64,000 nucleotides of DNA from Desulfosudaceae bacterium (GCA_963674745.2 CAXXDV010000003.1:576001-640000); one strand, 5' to 3'; positions 37,835-48,069 are shown, numbered from the stretch's first letter. Program-made: numbers and translations. Notes: generated by a model from the sequence alone, not told the origin.

Positions 37835-40711
37835 GTGACAGCATCAACTTTTAAATACAATCGGTTACTGACCATACTGACAGGAACATATAAATCAGAT
37901 AAATTCCGGTTTGTTTTATTTCGTGCCATACGGGTTGTCGTGATCTGTCTGGTGGTCTCTTTGTTATTTACGTTTGTTCCCCTTTTCAGGCAGGCCGAGC
38001 TGAACATCCTGGATTTCCGATTCAAACACCGGCCGCCCCTGGTTCTTTCCGAAAGGCTGGGGACAGTGGATATTGATTCGGCAACCATCAACCTGGCCGG
38101 TGGATGGCCGGTTTCCCGAAAACTTTATGCCGATCTGATCAGGTGCCTGGACAGATATGATGTGTCGCTGGTGACTTCGGATATCTTTTTCCCTGATCCC
38201 GGTGCATTGAATATTTCCCAGGGCCAGATGGCGAAGCTGGCTGCTCTGGCGGAAGATGAAGGGCAGGCGGAAAACTGCAGAAATATGCTTGCCGAACTTC
38301 GTAAGAGCCCGGACGAAGATTTCGCCGCGGCTTTACGTACTTCCGCTTCAGAAGTTCTGGCCCAGACCTTTTCGTTTAAGACGCTGGCATATTATCCGGA
38401 TATCGAAACCATAGATCGCCTTACCCGGGTCGGAATGGAGGACATGAGCGACAGTGCCCGGACATCCCTGGCCATGGCCGACAAGTATTCCGTGCCCTAT
38501 GTGCCGCCCGAAGGCAGGGAAACAGGGCTGTCACGGGCGTATGCCGTTGAACCCCCGATACCTGAATTATTGAAGAATGCTGCAGGACTGGGGTTTGCCC
38601 AGATGGTGAGTGTGCAGGATGTTGACGGTACCGCCAGGGAATACCCGATGTTTCTTCTTTATAACGGCAGGCTATACCCTTCCATCGGGCTGATGGGCAT
38701 ATCGCTGTTGACCGGTGTGCCCCTTTCCGCCATGAAAATATTTCCGGGCAGCCATGTGCTGCTGCCGGACGCCCGGTCACCGGAATTAAATGCCTCAGGG
38801 GAACCGGTCGATATCAAAATACCGGTTGATCATTACCTGAGAATGAAGGTCAACTGGACCGGCGATTACCTGGACACCTTCAGCCATATTCCGGCCTCGG
38901 CTATTTTAAAATTTCAGGCGGAAGACCTCTTGAAAGAGACCATACGCAAGTATGCCGGTAATCCGGGTGAGTTGATCGGCCGGGGATACGACGAGGCCGT
39001 AGGACGTGTTTTAAACCGCAAGCTGATTTATGAAGCCGAAGCCGGGCTGATGGGCATGCATTTGATGATCGCCCAGCTGGCCGAGTCCGACCAGGCAGCG
39101 GGAAATACCTCAAAAGCGGATTTTCTGCAGGCACTGGGCGCCGGCGATGTCGAAATGCGGAAGACCATATCGGATATCTGGGACCAGGTGTCCGATAATA
39201 CCCGGATCCTTGATCTGCTCCGGAAAAATGAAGACCTCACCTACGAAGACATAAAATCCCGGCTGGCCATAGCGGATGTGCGTGACGATGAAATGCGCCA
39301 TTCAACAGATTTTTTGCGTTTTATTATTAACCGTGGAAAGGATTTGGACGATTGGCGGCCGTTGTATTTTTCCAAACCCATTACCATTTCGTACGAGGGC
39401 TCCAGCCGTAAAACGATCCTGTCTCCGTTGAATCTGGCCGGCAAGGTGCTGTATATGGGACTGACGGCAACGGCTACTCATGATTTCGGACCGATCCCGT
39501 TTAATCCGGCTTATCCCATGGTCGGTCTGCACGTGAACGCGGTTAACACCATACTCACCCGGCAGTTTATTCATGACGTTACCTCGTGGTGGGCCGTGTT
39601 TTTGATTGCGCTTGTCTGCTCACTGCCGGTGGTCTTTCTGCCGCAACGCCTGCATCCGCTGACCGGCTCGGCGATTACGCTCCTGTTGGTCGGCGGGTAT
39701 TTCCTGGGCAGCACCGTGCTTTTTAACAGAGCAGGTGTCTGGATGCCGACCTCGCAGCCGATAATCGCGATTGCCCTGACGTTTTTTGCCATTGTGACAC
39801 AGAACATCATGAGCGAACGCCGTGAAAAAAAGCAGTTGCGCAATGCCTTTTCCACCTATGTCACCCCGTCGATCGTGCAGCAGGTGACGGCTGATCCCGG
39901 CTTGTTGCGCCTGGGCGGACAGCGGCGCCTGATGACCGCTTTTTTCAGTGATGTGGAGGGGTTTACCGCCATCAGTGAAAAATCAGAGCCCGAAGAACTG
40001 GTGGCCATGCTCAACGATTACCTGGATGCCATGACCGGTATCATTTTTAAGCATGAGGGCACCCTGGACAAGTATCAGGGTGACGGTATCATGGCTTTCT
40101 GGAACGCCCCGGTGGCCCAGGAAGATCATGCCTACCGGGCCTGTTGTGCCGCCATTGATTCCATAAAGTGTATTGACGAGACGCTTCATCCCCGGTGGTA
40201 TGCGGAAGGAAAACCCCTGTTTTCCATCAGGATAGGAATCAATTCCGGTGCCATGATCGTCGGTAACATGGGCTCAAACGCCAGGATGGACTACACCATT
40301 ATGGGGGACGCGGTCAACCTTGCCTCCAGGCTTGAATCAGCCAATAAGGTGTACGGCACCCGTGTAATGACCAGTGAGTTTATCATGGAACAGGTCCGGG
40401 ACAGGATCATTGCCAGGGAACTGGATATTATCAGGGTCATCGGTAAGGACAAATCCGTCCGTGTTTACGAAGTGATTTGCCGAACAAAAGACCTTGATCC
40501 GGAAACCAAGAAACTGATCGAAGCCTATGATGCCGCGCTGGCCTTTTACCGGCACGGCCGTTGGCAGGAAGCTGCCGATGGTTTTGCGGCTGTATTGGAA
40601 CTGGATCCGGGGGACGGCCCGAGCAAAATGTATTTACAACGATGCCGGGAGTTTATATTAACCCCTCCGACCCCTGGATGGGATGGGGTCTGGACGTTGA
40701 AAACCAAGTAG
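37835..40711 (+). CDS. CHASE2-domain class III adenylate cyclase with C-terminal TPR
   Basis: VDIDS, GGWP..R, DIFFPD, DVDGTAR, GLHVNAV, 3 TM, FSDVEGFT, DKYQGDG, DYTIMGDAVNLASRLE. GTG start inferred from a GGAG RBS. Confidence 0.92.
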   Translation: MTASTFKYNRLLTILTGTYKSDKFRFVLFRAIRVVVICLVVSLLFTFVPLFRQAELNILDFRFKHRPPLVLSERLGTVDIDSATINLAGGWPVSRKLYADLIRCLDRYDVSLVTSDIFFPDPGALNISQGQMAKLAALAEDEGQAENCRNMLAELRKSPDEDFAAALRTSASEVLAQTFSFKTLAYYPDIETIDRLTRVGMEDMSDSARTSLAMADKYSVPYVPPEGRETGLSRAYAVEPPIPELLKNAAGLGFAQMVSVQDVDGTAREYPMFLLYNGRLYPSIGLMGISLLTGVPLSAMKIFPGSHVLLPDARSPELNASGEPVDIKIPVDHYLRMKVNWTGDYLDTFSHIPASAILKFQAEDLLKETIRKYAGNPGELIGRGYDEAVGRVLNRKLIYEAEAGLMGMHLMIAQLAESDQAAGNTSKADFLQALGAGDVEMRKTISDIWDQVSDNTRILDLLRKNEDLTYEDIKSRLAIADVRDDEMRHSTDFLRFIINRGKDLDDWRPLYFSKPITISYEGSSRKTILSPLNLAGKVLYMGLTATATHDFGPIPFNPAYPMVGLHVNAVNTILTRQFIHDVTSWWAVFLIALVCSLPVVFLPQRLHPLTGSAITLLLVGGYFLGSTVLFNRAGVWMPTSQPIIAIALTFFAIVTQNIMSERREKKQLRNAFSTYVTPSIVQQVTADPGLLRLGGQRRLMTAFFSDVEGFTAISEKSEPEELVAMLNDYLDAMTGIIFKHEGTLDKYQGDGIMAFWNAPVAQEDHAYRACCAAIDSIKCIDETLHPRWYAEGKPLFSIRIGINSGAMIVGNMGSNARMDYTIMGDAVNLASRLESANKVYGTRVMTSEFIMEQVRDRIIARELDIIRVIGKDKSVRVYEVICRTKDLDPETKKLIEAYDAALAFYRHGRWQEAADGFAAVLELDPGDGPSKMYLQRCREFILTPPTPGWDGVWTLKTK

Positions 40712-40837
40712 GCCGAGAAAAGCACTGTTTTTTTTATCCGTTGTTAATTGTTTGTTGAATAATATGGTTATAATTTATATCCTTAGTAAGCATGTTTGTT
40801 CGGGATAAAACAGTTCAACCGTTTGATGAAAAAGTGC

Positions 40838-41010
40838 TTATGTGATTAAGTGGTTAAGTGTTTAAGTGATTAAGTGGTTAAGTGTTTATGTGATTAAGTG
40901 ATTAAGTGATTACGTGGTTATGGGGGCGTTCGCCAATGCCGTAGGGGCACGGCGTGCCGTGCCCGTTAGTCATGATTATGTGATTATGCAGCGGAAGGCT
41001 TCAGTCTTCC
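40838..41010 (+). repeat. About ten 8-nt tandem units followed by a REP
   Basis: GTGATTAA/GTGGTTAA/GTGTTTAA tract, REP at 40941-40964, degenerate GCAGCGGAAGGCTTCAGTCTTCC. Confidence 0.88.
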
Positions 41011-41094
41011 GGGCGCCTGATAGTTTAAACGTTTCAAGGCTTCAGGTGGTTATACAAACTTTTGGTGTTCGAGCTTTTAAAGGGGAGGGTGGTC

Positions 41095-41664
41095 ATGAAA
41101 AATCGTAAAATGTGGATATTCGGAGCCTGTATGGTTGTTGCGGCGTTTTTAGTCAGTGGTTGTGCCGGACCTGAATATAAGCTGGCCTGGGACAAAAAGT
41201 TCAACAACAGGTTGCCCGTAATGGGAAAAAACAACTGGATTATTATCAGCGATTCGGCCTATCCCGCCAAGCGGGCTGATGGGATTGAGACGATCGCGAC
41301 CGATAAACCGCTGACGTCGGTGCTTGATTATGTTCTGTCAAACATAGATAAAGCAGGACATGCCGGTGCCACGGCATGGATCAGCTCCGAGCTTGAGAAG
41401 ATTCCGGATCGCGATGCCATTGGTATAGAAGATATTTATCAGGAAATCTGGCGTCAGCTGAATGAAGCCAATATCACCACTAAAACCGCTATTGAAAAAG
41501 ATATCTTGAAAATGGTCGAGGATGAGGCCGCTGATTACAATATCCTGGTACTCAAATCCACGACCCGGTTGCCCTACACAACCGTCTATCTGCAGCTTGA
41601 CTGCCGGTACTGGGACGAAACACGCGAAAAACGATTGCGGGATGCCCTGCGTTCGGCCGAATAA
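41095..41664 (+). CDS. Lipoprotein with RbsD/FucU-like domain
   Basis: Lipobox LVSGC, LPVMGKNNWIIISDSAYP, C-terminal LPYTTVYLQL. Confidence 0.65.
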   Translation: MKNRKMWIFGACMVVAAFLVSGCAGPEYKLAWDKKFNNRLPVMGKNNWIIISDSAYPAKRADGIETIATDKPLTSVLDYVLSNIDKAGHAGATAWISSELEKIPDRDAIGIEDIYQEIWRQLNEANITTKTAIEKDILKMVEDEAADYNILVLKSTTRLPYTTVYLQLDCRYWDETREKRLRDALRSAE

Positions 41665-41679
41665 TTTACCCTCGAGATG

Positions 41680-41886
41680 GAAGGGCAACCACAGGGGGTT
41701 GCCCCTACGGTCCGCAGAGGGCGTTCATGGATGTGTTGTAGGGGCAGGCCCCCGTGCCTGCCCCCGGTGTGAAGGGCAACCACAGGGGGTTGCCCCTACG
41801 GTCCGCAGAGGGCGTTCATGGATGTGTTGTAGGGGCAGGCCCCCGTGCCTGCCCGGTGAAGGGCAACCACAGGGGGTTGCCCCTAC
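41680..41886 (+). repeat. Tandem array of REP doublets (periods 91 and 87 nt)
   Basis: Units start at 41680, 41771 and 41858, with the identical internal linker GGTCCGCAGAGGGCGTTCATGGATGTGTT. Confidence 0.92.
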
Positions 41887-41964
41887 AGAGCCGTAACCTG
41901 CGCCTGAAAAATTTGCACGCCCTGACCGCAAACCCCAATTCTGATTCTTAGAGATACCCTGTAA

Positions 41965-41994
41965 AAAAGGCCCTGTATTTATACGGGGCCTTTT
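41965..41994. terminator. Bidirectional intrinsic terminator
   Basis: AAAAGGCCCTGTAT-TT-ATACGGGGCCTTTT between convergent genes. Confidence 0.8.
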
Positions 41995-42038
41995 GCTTTG
42001 GAAGGTATGTATTGTTTCATCGATCCAGATGACCGGTT

Positions 42039-43694
42039 TTAGTATCGCTCGAAATCCTGATCCGTATTGTCATCCATGGCCAATTCGATGGAAGGTAACT
42101 GCCTGGTGGCTTTTTGTCGCTTTTGTGGCAACCTTTTAGACGGCAGTGCCTGTTGATCATGATGCGGGGTCTGGGCGGATTCAGCAATGCCTGTTACCAT
42201 GAAAAAACTCATACTGTCCTGAAGCTGCTGCGCCTGACTGGCCAGGTTTTCTGCAGTGGAGGATATCTCTTCCGCTGAAGAGGCATTCTGCTGTACGATC
42301 TGGTCAAGCTGGCTGATGGCTTCATTGATTTGAGATGCGCCGGCTGTCTGTTCTTTGGAAGCGGAACTGATCTCCTGGACCAGTTCGGCCGTTTTGCGGA
42401 TCTCGGGTACAAGTTTTTCCAGCATTGTTCCGGCTTTTTCGGCGATATCCAGGCTGCCTGCCGAACGTTCGCCGATTTCCTTGGCGGCATCACCGCTGCG
42501 TTCGGCCAGTTTTCTCACTTCCGCCGCCACTACGGCGAAACCCTTGCCGGCGTCTCCGGCCCGGGCCGCTTCGATGGCCGCGTTTAAAGCCAGCAGGTTG
42601 GTTTGCCGGGCGATTTCTTCAATGATCGTTATCTTGCTGGCAATGTCCTGCATTGCCCGCACGGTGTCCTGCACCTGGCTGCCGCCTTCTTCAGCGTCCA
42701 GCGCAACCTGGTTGGCAATTTTTTCCGCTTCCGAAGCGTTGTCGGCGTTCTGATTTATGTTTGATCCCATTTCCTCCATGCTGGAAGTGATCTCTTCAAG
42801 GTGGGATGCCTGGGTGGTGGCCCCTTGAGACAACACTTCGGAAGATGAACTCATTTCCTGGCTGCCTGAAGCGACATTATCCGATCCGGTCTGGACCTGA
42901 CCGACCACATCCCTCAATTTTTTGACCATGTTGTTCATGGCCCGGGTCAGAAGACCGACTTCATCTCCACCTTCGCCGCGTTCGTCAATTTCAACGGACA
43001 GGTTGCCCTCAGCGATCTCTGTTATCATGGAAACCGCTTTCTGCAGGGGGATCGTCACAAACCGCCTGATGATAAAATGGATGATGATAGAGGAGAACAG
43101 GACGATACCGATAAAAAGGGCCACGTTGCCGTTACGCAATTTTTTGCTGAAACTGATGATAGAAGACAGCTCTTCGGTGAGGCGGTTATTATAGCCGGTT
43201 TTAAGATCAACCAGGAGTTTACTGATTTCTTTGTTCTTATTGGCCAGCTCAAAGATGTCAATCTGGCTGCCGGCCGTTCCCGTATCCGTCTGGGTAATGG
43301 CGGCCTTGTAAACCTCGCGGGCGTTATTGGTGAACTGTTTCAGCTCTTCGAGCACTTTTTCGGCCTCAGGCGTTTCCTGCTTCTGATCTGCGGCCAGTTT
43401 GATAATTTCCTGTAAAGCGGTTTGGGCTTTTTCAGCCTCCTGATCGGCATTGGCGATGAGTCCGGATTCACCGGTCAGGTAGGCGTCCTGGTACATTTTG
43501 AGCTGATTGTCAAAGGCTGTTAATGCCGCCTGACTTTTGTGCGAAGCCGGGAAAAGGTAAATATCAACGGAAGTTAATTGAGATTCCGTGTTCTTTCCGG
43601 TCCAGAAGCCGAAGCTGATGGATAACAGGTAGCCCAGCATGAGAATGCCCAGACTGGCCCAGATTTTTCTTGAGATACTGGCTGACCGCCACAT
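42039..43694 (-). CDS. Methyl-accepting chemotaxis protein
   Basis: TM, helical sensor, TM, HAMP, then [18 protein letters not shown]-terminal pentapeptide DFERY. Confidence 0.95.
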   Translation of the reverse strand: MWRSASISRKIWASLGILMLGYLLSISFGFWTGKNTESQLTSVDIYLFPASHKSQAALTAFDNQLKMYQDAYLTGESGLIANADQEAEKAQTALQEIIKLAADQKQETPEAEKVLEELKQFTNNAREVYKAAITQTDTGTAGSQIDIFELANKNKEISKLLVDLKTGYNNRLTEELSSIISFSKKLRNGNVALFIGIVLFSSIIIHFIIRRFVTIPLQKAVSMITEIAEGNLSVEIDERGEGGDEVGLLTRAMNNMVKKLRDVVGQVQTGSDNVASGSQEMSSSSEVLSQGATTQASHLEEITSSMEEMGSNINQNADNASEAEKIANQVALDAEEGGSQVQDTVRAMQDIASKITIIEEIARQTNLLALNAAIEAARAGDAGKGFAVVAAEVRKLAERSGDAAKEIGERSAGSLDIAEKAGTMLEKLVPEIRKTAELVQEISSASKEQTAGASQINEAISQLDQIVQQNASSAEEISSTAENLASQAQQLQDSMSFFMVTGIAESAQTPHHDQQALPSKRLPQKRQKATRQLPSIELAMDDNTDQDFERY

Positions 43695-43741
43695 ATTCGG
43701 TCTCCTAATCAGTTTGGTTTACAAATCTATATGTTGTTTAG

Positions 43742-43779
43742 CTTTGGCCGGAAGGCCTGTTGAAGGATTCCGGCCAAAG
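43742..43779 (-). other. Intra-operon 12-bp stem-loop with no U tract
   Basis: CTTTGGCCGGAA...TTCCGGCCAAAG right after the barrel gene stop. Confidence 0.65.
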
Positions 43780-43783
43780 ACAT

Positions 43784-45052
43784 TTAAAAACTGTAAGTGA
43801 CTTTGGCGGCATAACACGCCCAGTCTTTTTCCTTTGACGAAAAAGTGAAAAAAGATCCATCCATAATGTGGGCTTCAATTTTACCGCACCAGTTGGAAGA
43901 AAAATCATACCGGGCGGACAGGCACCAGTCCTTCAGCCAGGCATTGTAATCGGGATTCGGGAACACTTTTGCATATTCGCTGCCGTCGTGGTCATTTTTG
44001 TCATAATACAGTTCGGAGTAGTATGCGCCCAGTTCCATGCGCTCCAGCACCCGGTAGGCGATGCTGGCGTAGTAGCCCTGAAAGGTCGTTTTCACGCCCA
44101 GTTGCGGGGGAATCCCTATGGCCGCTACAATGGCCGGATCCAGGGTGGTGTTGATATCAATGGTAAAATCAAGGTCGTTTTCGGTGTATTCAGCGGCCAG
44201 GGTCAGCCGGTCGGTCATGTACTCGGCGGATAGGACAAATGAATTGATCGGGTCATTAAATCTCAGGTGACCGGTCATGGGCGAAGTCAGGCCGGCCAGG
44301 CCGCCGGTCACCACGGCGGGCAGGTCAAGGGTCCTGCTCATAAACATTTCCAGTCCGTCAGCTGCATAGTAGCTGGCCGCCAGTTTCAGCCCGAAGGTCG
44401 AGTCCCACTGGAGCTTGCCGGCGTAAGCAAAATTGGAGTCAACTTCATTTACCTCCATACCCAGGGCGCTCATCAGTGTCTCAAAGCCGTCGGCCAAACC
44501 GCCGTCTGCTTTTATGTTTACGGTGCCGTACATGGCCTGGTAAGAGATATCGCCGGGAAGGGTGCCGTAAAAACCGACCCCTTTCATGCGGGCAAACGTT
44601 TCTCTGAACCATTCCGGATAGACGCTGGTCGGCAGCAGGATGCTGGTGCGGACCATGTCCACTTTGCGGATCTCATTGTAAAGGCCGTAAGGAATTTTCA
44701 TGATGCCCACCCGGACACCCAGGTAATCCCTGAGCGAATAATCCCCGAAGGCCCAGTCCACTTCCACGCCGTCATTGCCGACGTCGCCCATGTCAAAGGC
44801 ATACAATTGCATGCCCAGGGTAAGATCATCCGTCGGGCTTGCGGAAAAATTGATGGCCATTTCATTGTAATCAAAGGTGCCGTCACCCGAGTCTTTTGCC
44901 AGAAAGGGCATGTCTTTGGTGGTATACAGAAAACCCTGGCTGACAAAACCATGGATGTTCAGGTTTTCAAGGTTTGCATTGGCGAAAACGCATGGAACCG
45001 TCAAGAACAGCATCATCATGCTTAAAGCCAGCAGCAGTTTGATATTTTTCAT
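43784..45052 (-). CDS. Porin-like outer-membrane beta-barrel protein (copy 2)
   Basis: Signal peptide, IHGFVSQG, VDWAFGDY, G.MKIPYGLYNE, LAAEY, terminal KVTYSF. Confidence 0.85.
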   Translation of the reverse strand: MKNIKLLLALSMMMLFLTVPCVFANANLENLNIHGFVSQGFLYTTKDMPFLAKDSGDGTFDYNEMAINFSASPTDDLTLGMQLYAFDMGDVGNDGVEVDWAFGDYSLRDYLGVRVGIMKIPYGLYNEIRKVDMVRTSILLPTSVYPEWFRETFARMKGVGFYGTLPGDISYQAMYGTVNIKADGGLADGFETLMSALGMEVNEVDSNFAYAGKLQWDSTFGLKLAASYYAADGLEMFMSRTLDLPAVVTGGLAGLTSPMTGHLRFNDPINSFVLSAEYMTDRLTLAAEYTENDLDFTIDINTTLDPAIVAAIGIPPQLGVKTTFQGYYASIAYRVLERMELGAYYSELYYDKNDHDGSEYAKVFPNPDYNAWLKDWCLSARYDFSSNWCGKIEAHIMDGSFFTFSSKEKDWACYAAKVTYSF

Positions 45053-45101
45053 TGGTTTCTCCTGATATTTAGTTAAATATTTTACGCAATGAAGTCGTCT
45101 G

Positions 45102-45542
45102 TTATTTGATGGTTAATACTTTTACCTTGCCGGTGTCCGGCGGTGTGCAGGAAAAACCGATGGCACCGGTGGTACGTGAGACATAGTCAACCAATTCAGT
45201 AACAGAATCAAACCCCCGGGGCGGCTGTCCTTTTCCCGTAAAAATCTGCTTTTTCCAATAGTTCTGGAACTGAAAAGGGGTTCTGCCGACAAATTCCCTG
45301 ATGAACGCCTCATAACAATTGCCCTGGCTTAAAGCCGTAAAGTTGATGCCCTGATTGTTGTCCCATTTGTCCTTTTTACCCAGATAGATGTTTTGAATAT
45401 CCGCCTGGCTCAAAGCACTATCGGCAACATTCTTGTTGGCAAAAACGTAAATCGTTTCTGACTGTGCCTTATCCGGGTTGATTATCATGAGGGCCGAAAA
45501 GGTCAGGCAGAAAATTACCAGCCAAAAGATTCGTTTATTCAT
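45102..45542 (-). CDS. Small exported PstS/PBP2-like single-domain protein (copy 2)
   Basis: Signal peptide, IYLGKK..W, YWKKQIFTGKGQPP, YVSRTTGAIGF. Confidence 0.8.
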   Translation of the reverse strand: MNKRIFWLVIFCLTFSALMIINPDKAQSETIYVFANKNVADSALSQADIQNIYLGKKDKWDNNQGINFTALSQGNCYEAFIREFVGRTPFQFQNYWKKQIFTGKGQPPRGFDSVTELVDYVSRTTGAIGFSCTPPDTGKVKVLTIK

Positions 45543-45578
45543 AGTATCCGTCCTTTCAATTTAGTACGTGACAAATAT

Positions 45579-46853
45579 TTAAAAGCTGTAAGTGACCTTA
45601 GCAGCATAAAGTGCCCAGTTCCTGGCACTTCCACCATACGTCAAGAAAATGCCGTCCATGAAGTGCCCTTCAACCTTGGCGCACCAGTTGGGTGAGAAAT
45701 CATAACGGAGAGACAGGCACCAGTCCTTCAGCCAGGCTTCATACTCAGCCTGAAGGTTGAATGCCTGGGCATATTCCTGGCCGCTGTGATCTGATTTGTC
45801 AAAATATAATTCGGAGTAATAGGTGCCTACCTCAAGTTGATCCAGGAGCCGGTAGGCCATGCTGCCGTAAAATCCCTGCATGGTCGTCTTATATCCAAAC
45901 TGAGGCGGAATCCCTATGGCGGCTAAAATGGCCGGGTCGAGATTGGAACGGAAGGTAGCCAAAAATTCAAGGTCATATTCAATGTATTCGGCCGCCAGGG
46001 TCAGCCGGTCGGTCATATATTCGGCGGATAAAACCGACATCTCAAGCGGTTCGAACACCAGATCGATGTTTAAGGGCGAGGTCAGGCCGGCCAGTCCGCC
46101 GGTTATCATGGCGGGCAGGTCGATGATCGTGCCCAAATTCATCTTCATTCCGTCAAACGTATAATGGCTGGCAGCCAGTTTCAGCCCGAAAGTCGAGTCC
46201 CATTGGAGTCTGCCGGCGTAGGCAAAATTGGTTTCTACATCGTCTGTGGACAGACTGGCGCCAAAGGCGGAGCCAAACAGGGATGCAAAAGCGTCTGCCA
46301 GCCCGCCGTTTTTTTTAAGATTCAAGGTGCCGTACATGGCCTGGTAAGAGATGTTGCCGGGCAGGGTGCCGGAAAGGCTGACGCCCTTGATGCGGGCAAA
46401 GGCTTCGCGGAACCATTCCGGATATACGCTGCTCGGCAGCAGGATGCTGGTGCGGACCATGTCAACTTTCCGGACATCGTTATACAGGCCGAAAGGAATC
46501 TTCATGATACCGGCCTGAACATTCAGGTAATCGCTGATGGAATAATCGCCATAAGCCCAGTCCACGTCCAGCCGGTCGTTGCCGATACCGCCCATGTCAA
46601 AAGCGTTCAACTGTATACCCATGCGGAGGTTGTCGCTCGGGTTTATGGAAAAATTGACGGCCATTTCGTTAAAGTCAAATGTACCGTCTTCGGCGTCTCT
46701 GGCCAGATATCCCATTTCTTTTGTCGTCTGAAAAAAGCCCTGGCTGACAAACCCGTGGATATTGATGTCTTTATAGTTAAAAGCGGCTGCACCACAAGGC
46801 AATGTCAAAAGAGAGACGATGATTAAAACCAGAATAGTTTGATGAATTTTCAT
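45579..46853 (-). CDS. Porin-like outer-membrane beta-barrel protein (copy 1)
   Basis: Paralog of 43784-45052 with the same motifs and terminal KVTYSF. Confidence 0.85.
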   Translation of the reverse strand: MKIHQTILVLIIVSLLTLPCGAAAFNYKDINIHGFVSQGFFQTTKEMGYLARDAEDGTFDFNEMAVNFSINPSDNLRMGIQLNAFDMGGIGNDRLDVDWAYGDYSISDYLNVQAGIMKIPFGLYNDVRKVDMVRTSILLPSSVYPEWFREAFARIKGVSLSGTLPGNISYQAMYGTLNLKKNGGLADAFASLFGSAFGASLSTDDVETNFAYAGRLQWDSTFGLKLAASHYTFDGMKMNLGTIIDLPAMITGGLAGLTSPLNIDLVFEPLEMSVLSAEYMTDRLTLAAEYIEYDLEFLATFRSNLDPAILAAIGIPPQFGYKTTMQGFYGSMAYRLLDQLEVGTYYSELYFDKSDHSGQEYAQAFNLQAEYEAWLKDWCLSLRYDFSPNWCAKVEGHFMDGIFLTYGGSARNWALYAAKVTYSF

Positions 46854-46901
46854 TGGTTTCTCCTTATTGTTAAAATAGTAGGCAATAAATACCCCTATCG
46901 G

Positions 46902-47342
46902 CTAGTTGATGGTCAGTACTTTTACCTTGCTGCTGTCCGGGGGGGTGCAGGAAAAGCCAATGGCACCGCTGGTACGGGAAACATAATCAACCACTTCAGC
47001 GTCGGAATCAAACGCGCGGGGCGGCTGGCCTTTTCCTGTAAAAATTTGTTTTTTCCAGTAATTCTGAAATTGGAAGGGGGTTCTGCCGACAAATTTCCGG
47101 ATAAATGCATCGTGACATGTGCCATTGCCTAAAGCCGTAAAATTGATGCCCTGATTGTTGGTCCATTTATCTTTTTTGCCAAGATAGATGCTTTGGATGT
47201 CCGCCTGACTTAAAACGCTGTCTTGAACATTCATGTTGGCAAAAACATAAATGGTTTCCGGCTGAGCGTATAAAGCATTTGGCGCGAAAATGAACGTCAT
47301 GGCGATGAACAGAAGAAAAATTAAAAAAAATCTTTGCATCAT
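46902..47342 (-). CDS. Small exported PstS/PBP2-like single-domain protein (copy 1)
   Basis: Paralog of 45102-45542; the mature regions are highly similar. Confidence 0.8.
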   Translation of the reverse strand: MMQRFFLIFLLFIAMTFIFAPNALYAQPETIYVFANMNVQDSVLSQADIQSIYLGKKDKWTNNQGINFTALGNGTCHDAFIRKFVGRTPFQFQNYWKKQIFTGKGQPPRAFDSDAEVVDYVSRTSGAIGFSCTPPDSSKVKVLTIN

Positions 47343-47403
47343 AGCTTCTACCCTCCCGGATTAGTTGCACGTTTATGACACGTGGGCTTGATTTATAAAT
47401 AAA

Positions 47404-47419
47404 TGCGAATATCGTGCCG
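47404..47419 (-). promoter_or_regulatory. Putative sigma-54 (-24/-12) promoter
   Basis: Minus strand CGGCACGATATTCGCA (GG-N10-GC), about 60 nt upstream of the first ATG, with an AT-rich upstream region. Confidence 0.55.
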
Positions 47420-47853
47420 AATTGCCAAATTTTTTCTGAATAGAATATTATTCAATAATTTAAAAAGATTAAGTTGAATGTTGATCCGTCTGGAAAAAGC
47501 GAGTCGTATATTATGAAACGAAAGTGTCCTAAAAAATTGGATTTTACCCCTTATTTTTAAGATTAGCCGTGACCGTCCTGCCTGTCAAGAAAATAATCTC
47601 TTATTTTTATTCGTTTATTTTTGAAACATCGTCCGTCCGGTGTGTTGTTGACTGGCAATACTGTTTCAATAAGATTGCTCTTACCACAATAATATTTTCT
47701 GGACCCCTCGGCCCCTTGAAGCCTGAAAACCTTTGCACCCGACCAGGTTGCAGCAGGGGGAAAATATAATCGCCCGGACCGTTTTTGTATTTAAAGCGTA
47801 CTTAATATGGACATTCAGGCCTTGTTATGTATAATCGCGACCAAATATTGTTT

Positions 47854-47996
47854 AGGTTCGAGGTTCAGGGTTCAGGGTTCCAGGTTCGGGCTTTAAGGGG
47901 CGTTCGCAAATGTTTTAGGGGCACGGCGTGCCGTGCCCTTTTGTCATGTTTATGTGGTTAAAGGTTTTATGGTTATATAAGTTCCAGGGCTCAGGG
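47854..47996 (+). repeat. REP within 7-8 nt repeats
   Basis: (GGTTCAG)n, then GGGGCGTTCGCAAATG..TAGGGGCACGGCGTGCCGTGCCCTTTTGTCATG. Confidence 0.85.
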
Positions 47997-48069
47997 GTTG
48001 AGCACAACGCCGGCATCGGGCCAAAAGGCAATTTTTAGAGATGCCCTTATATCGGATAATGGGAGGTAT

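Noticed and set aside
41680..41886. REP arrays (also 8369-8593, 12457-12664, 23518-23733) as CRISPR arrays
   Set aside because: Repeats alternate in orientation and sequence, linkers are repeated instead of unique, and there are no cas genes.
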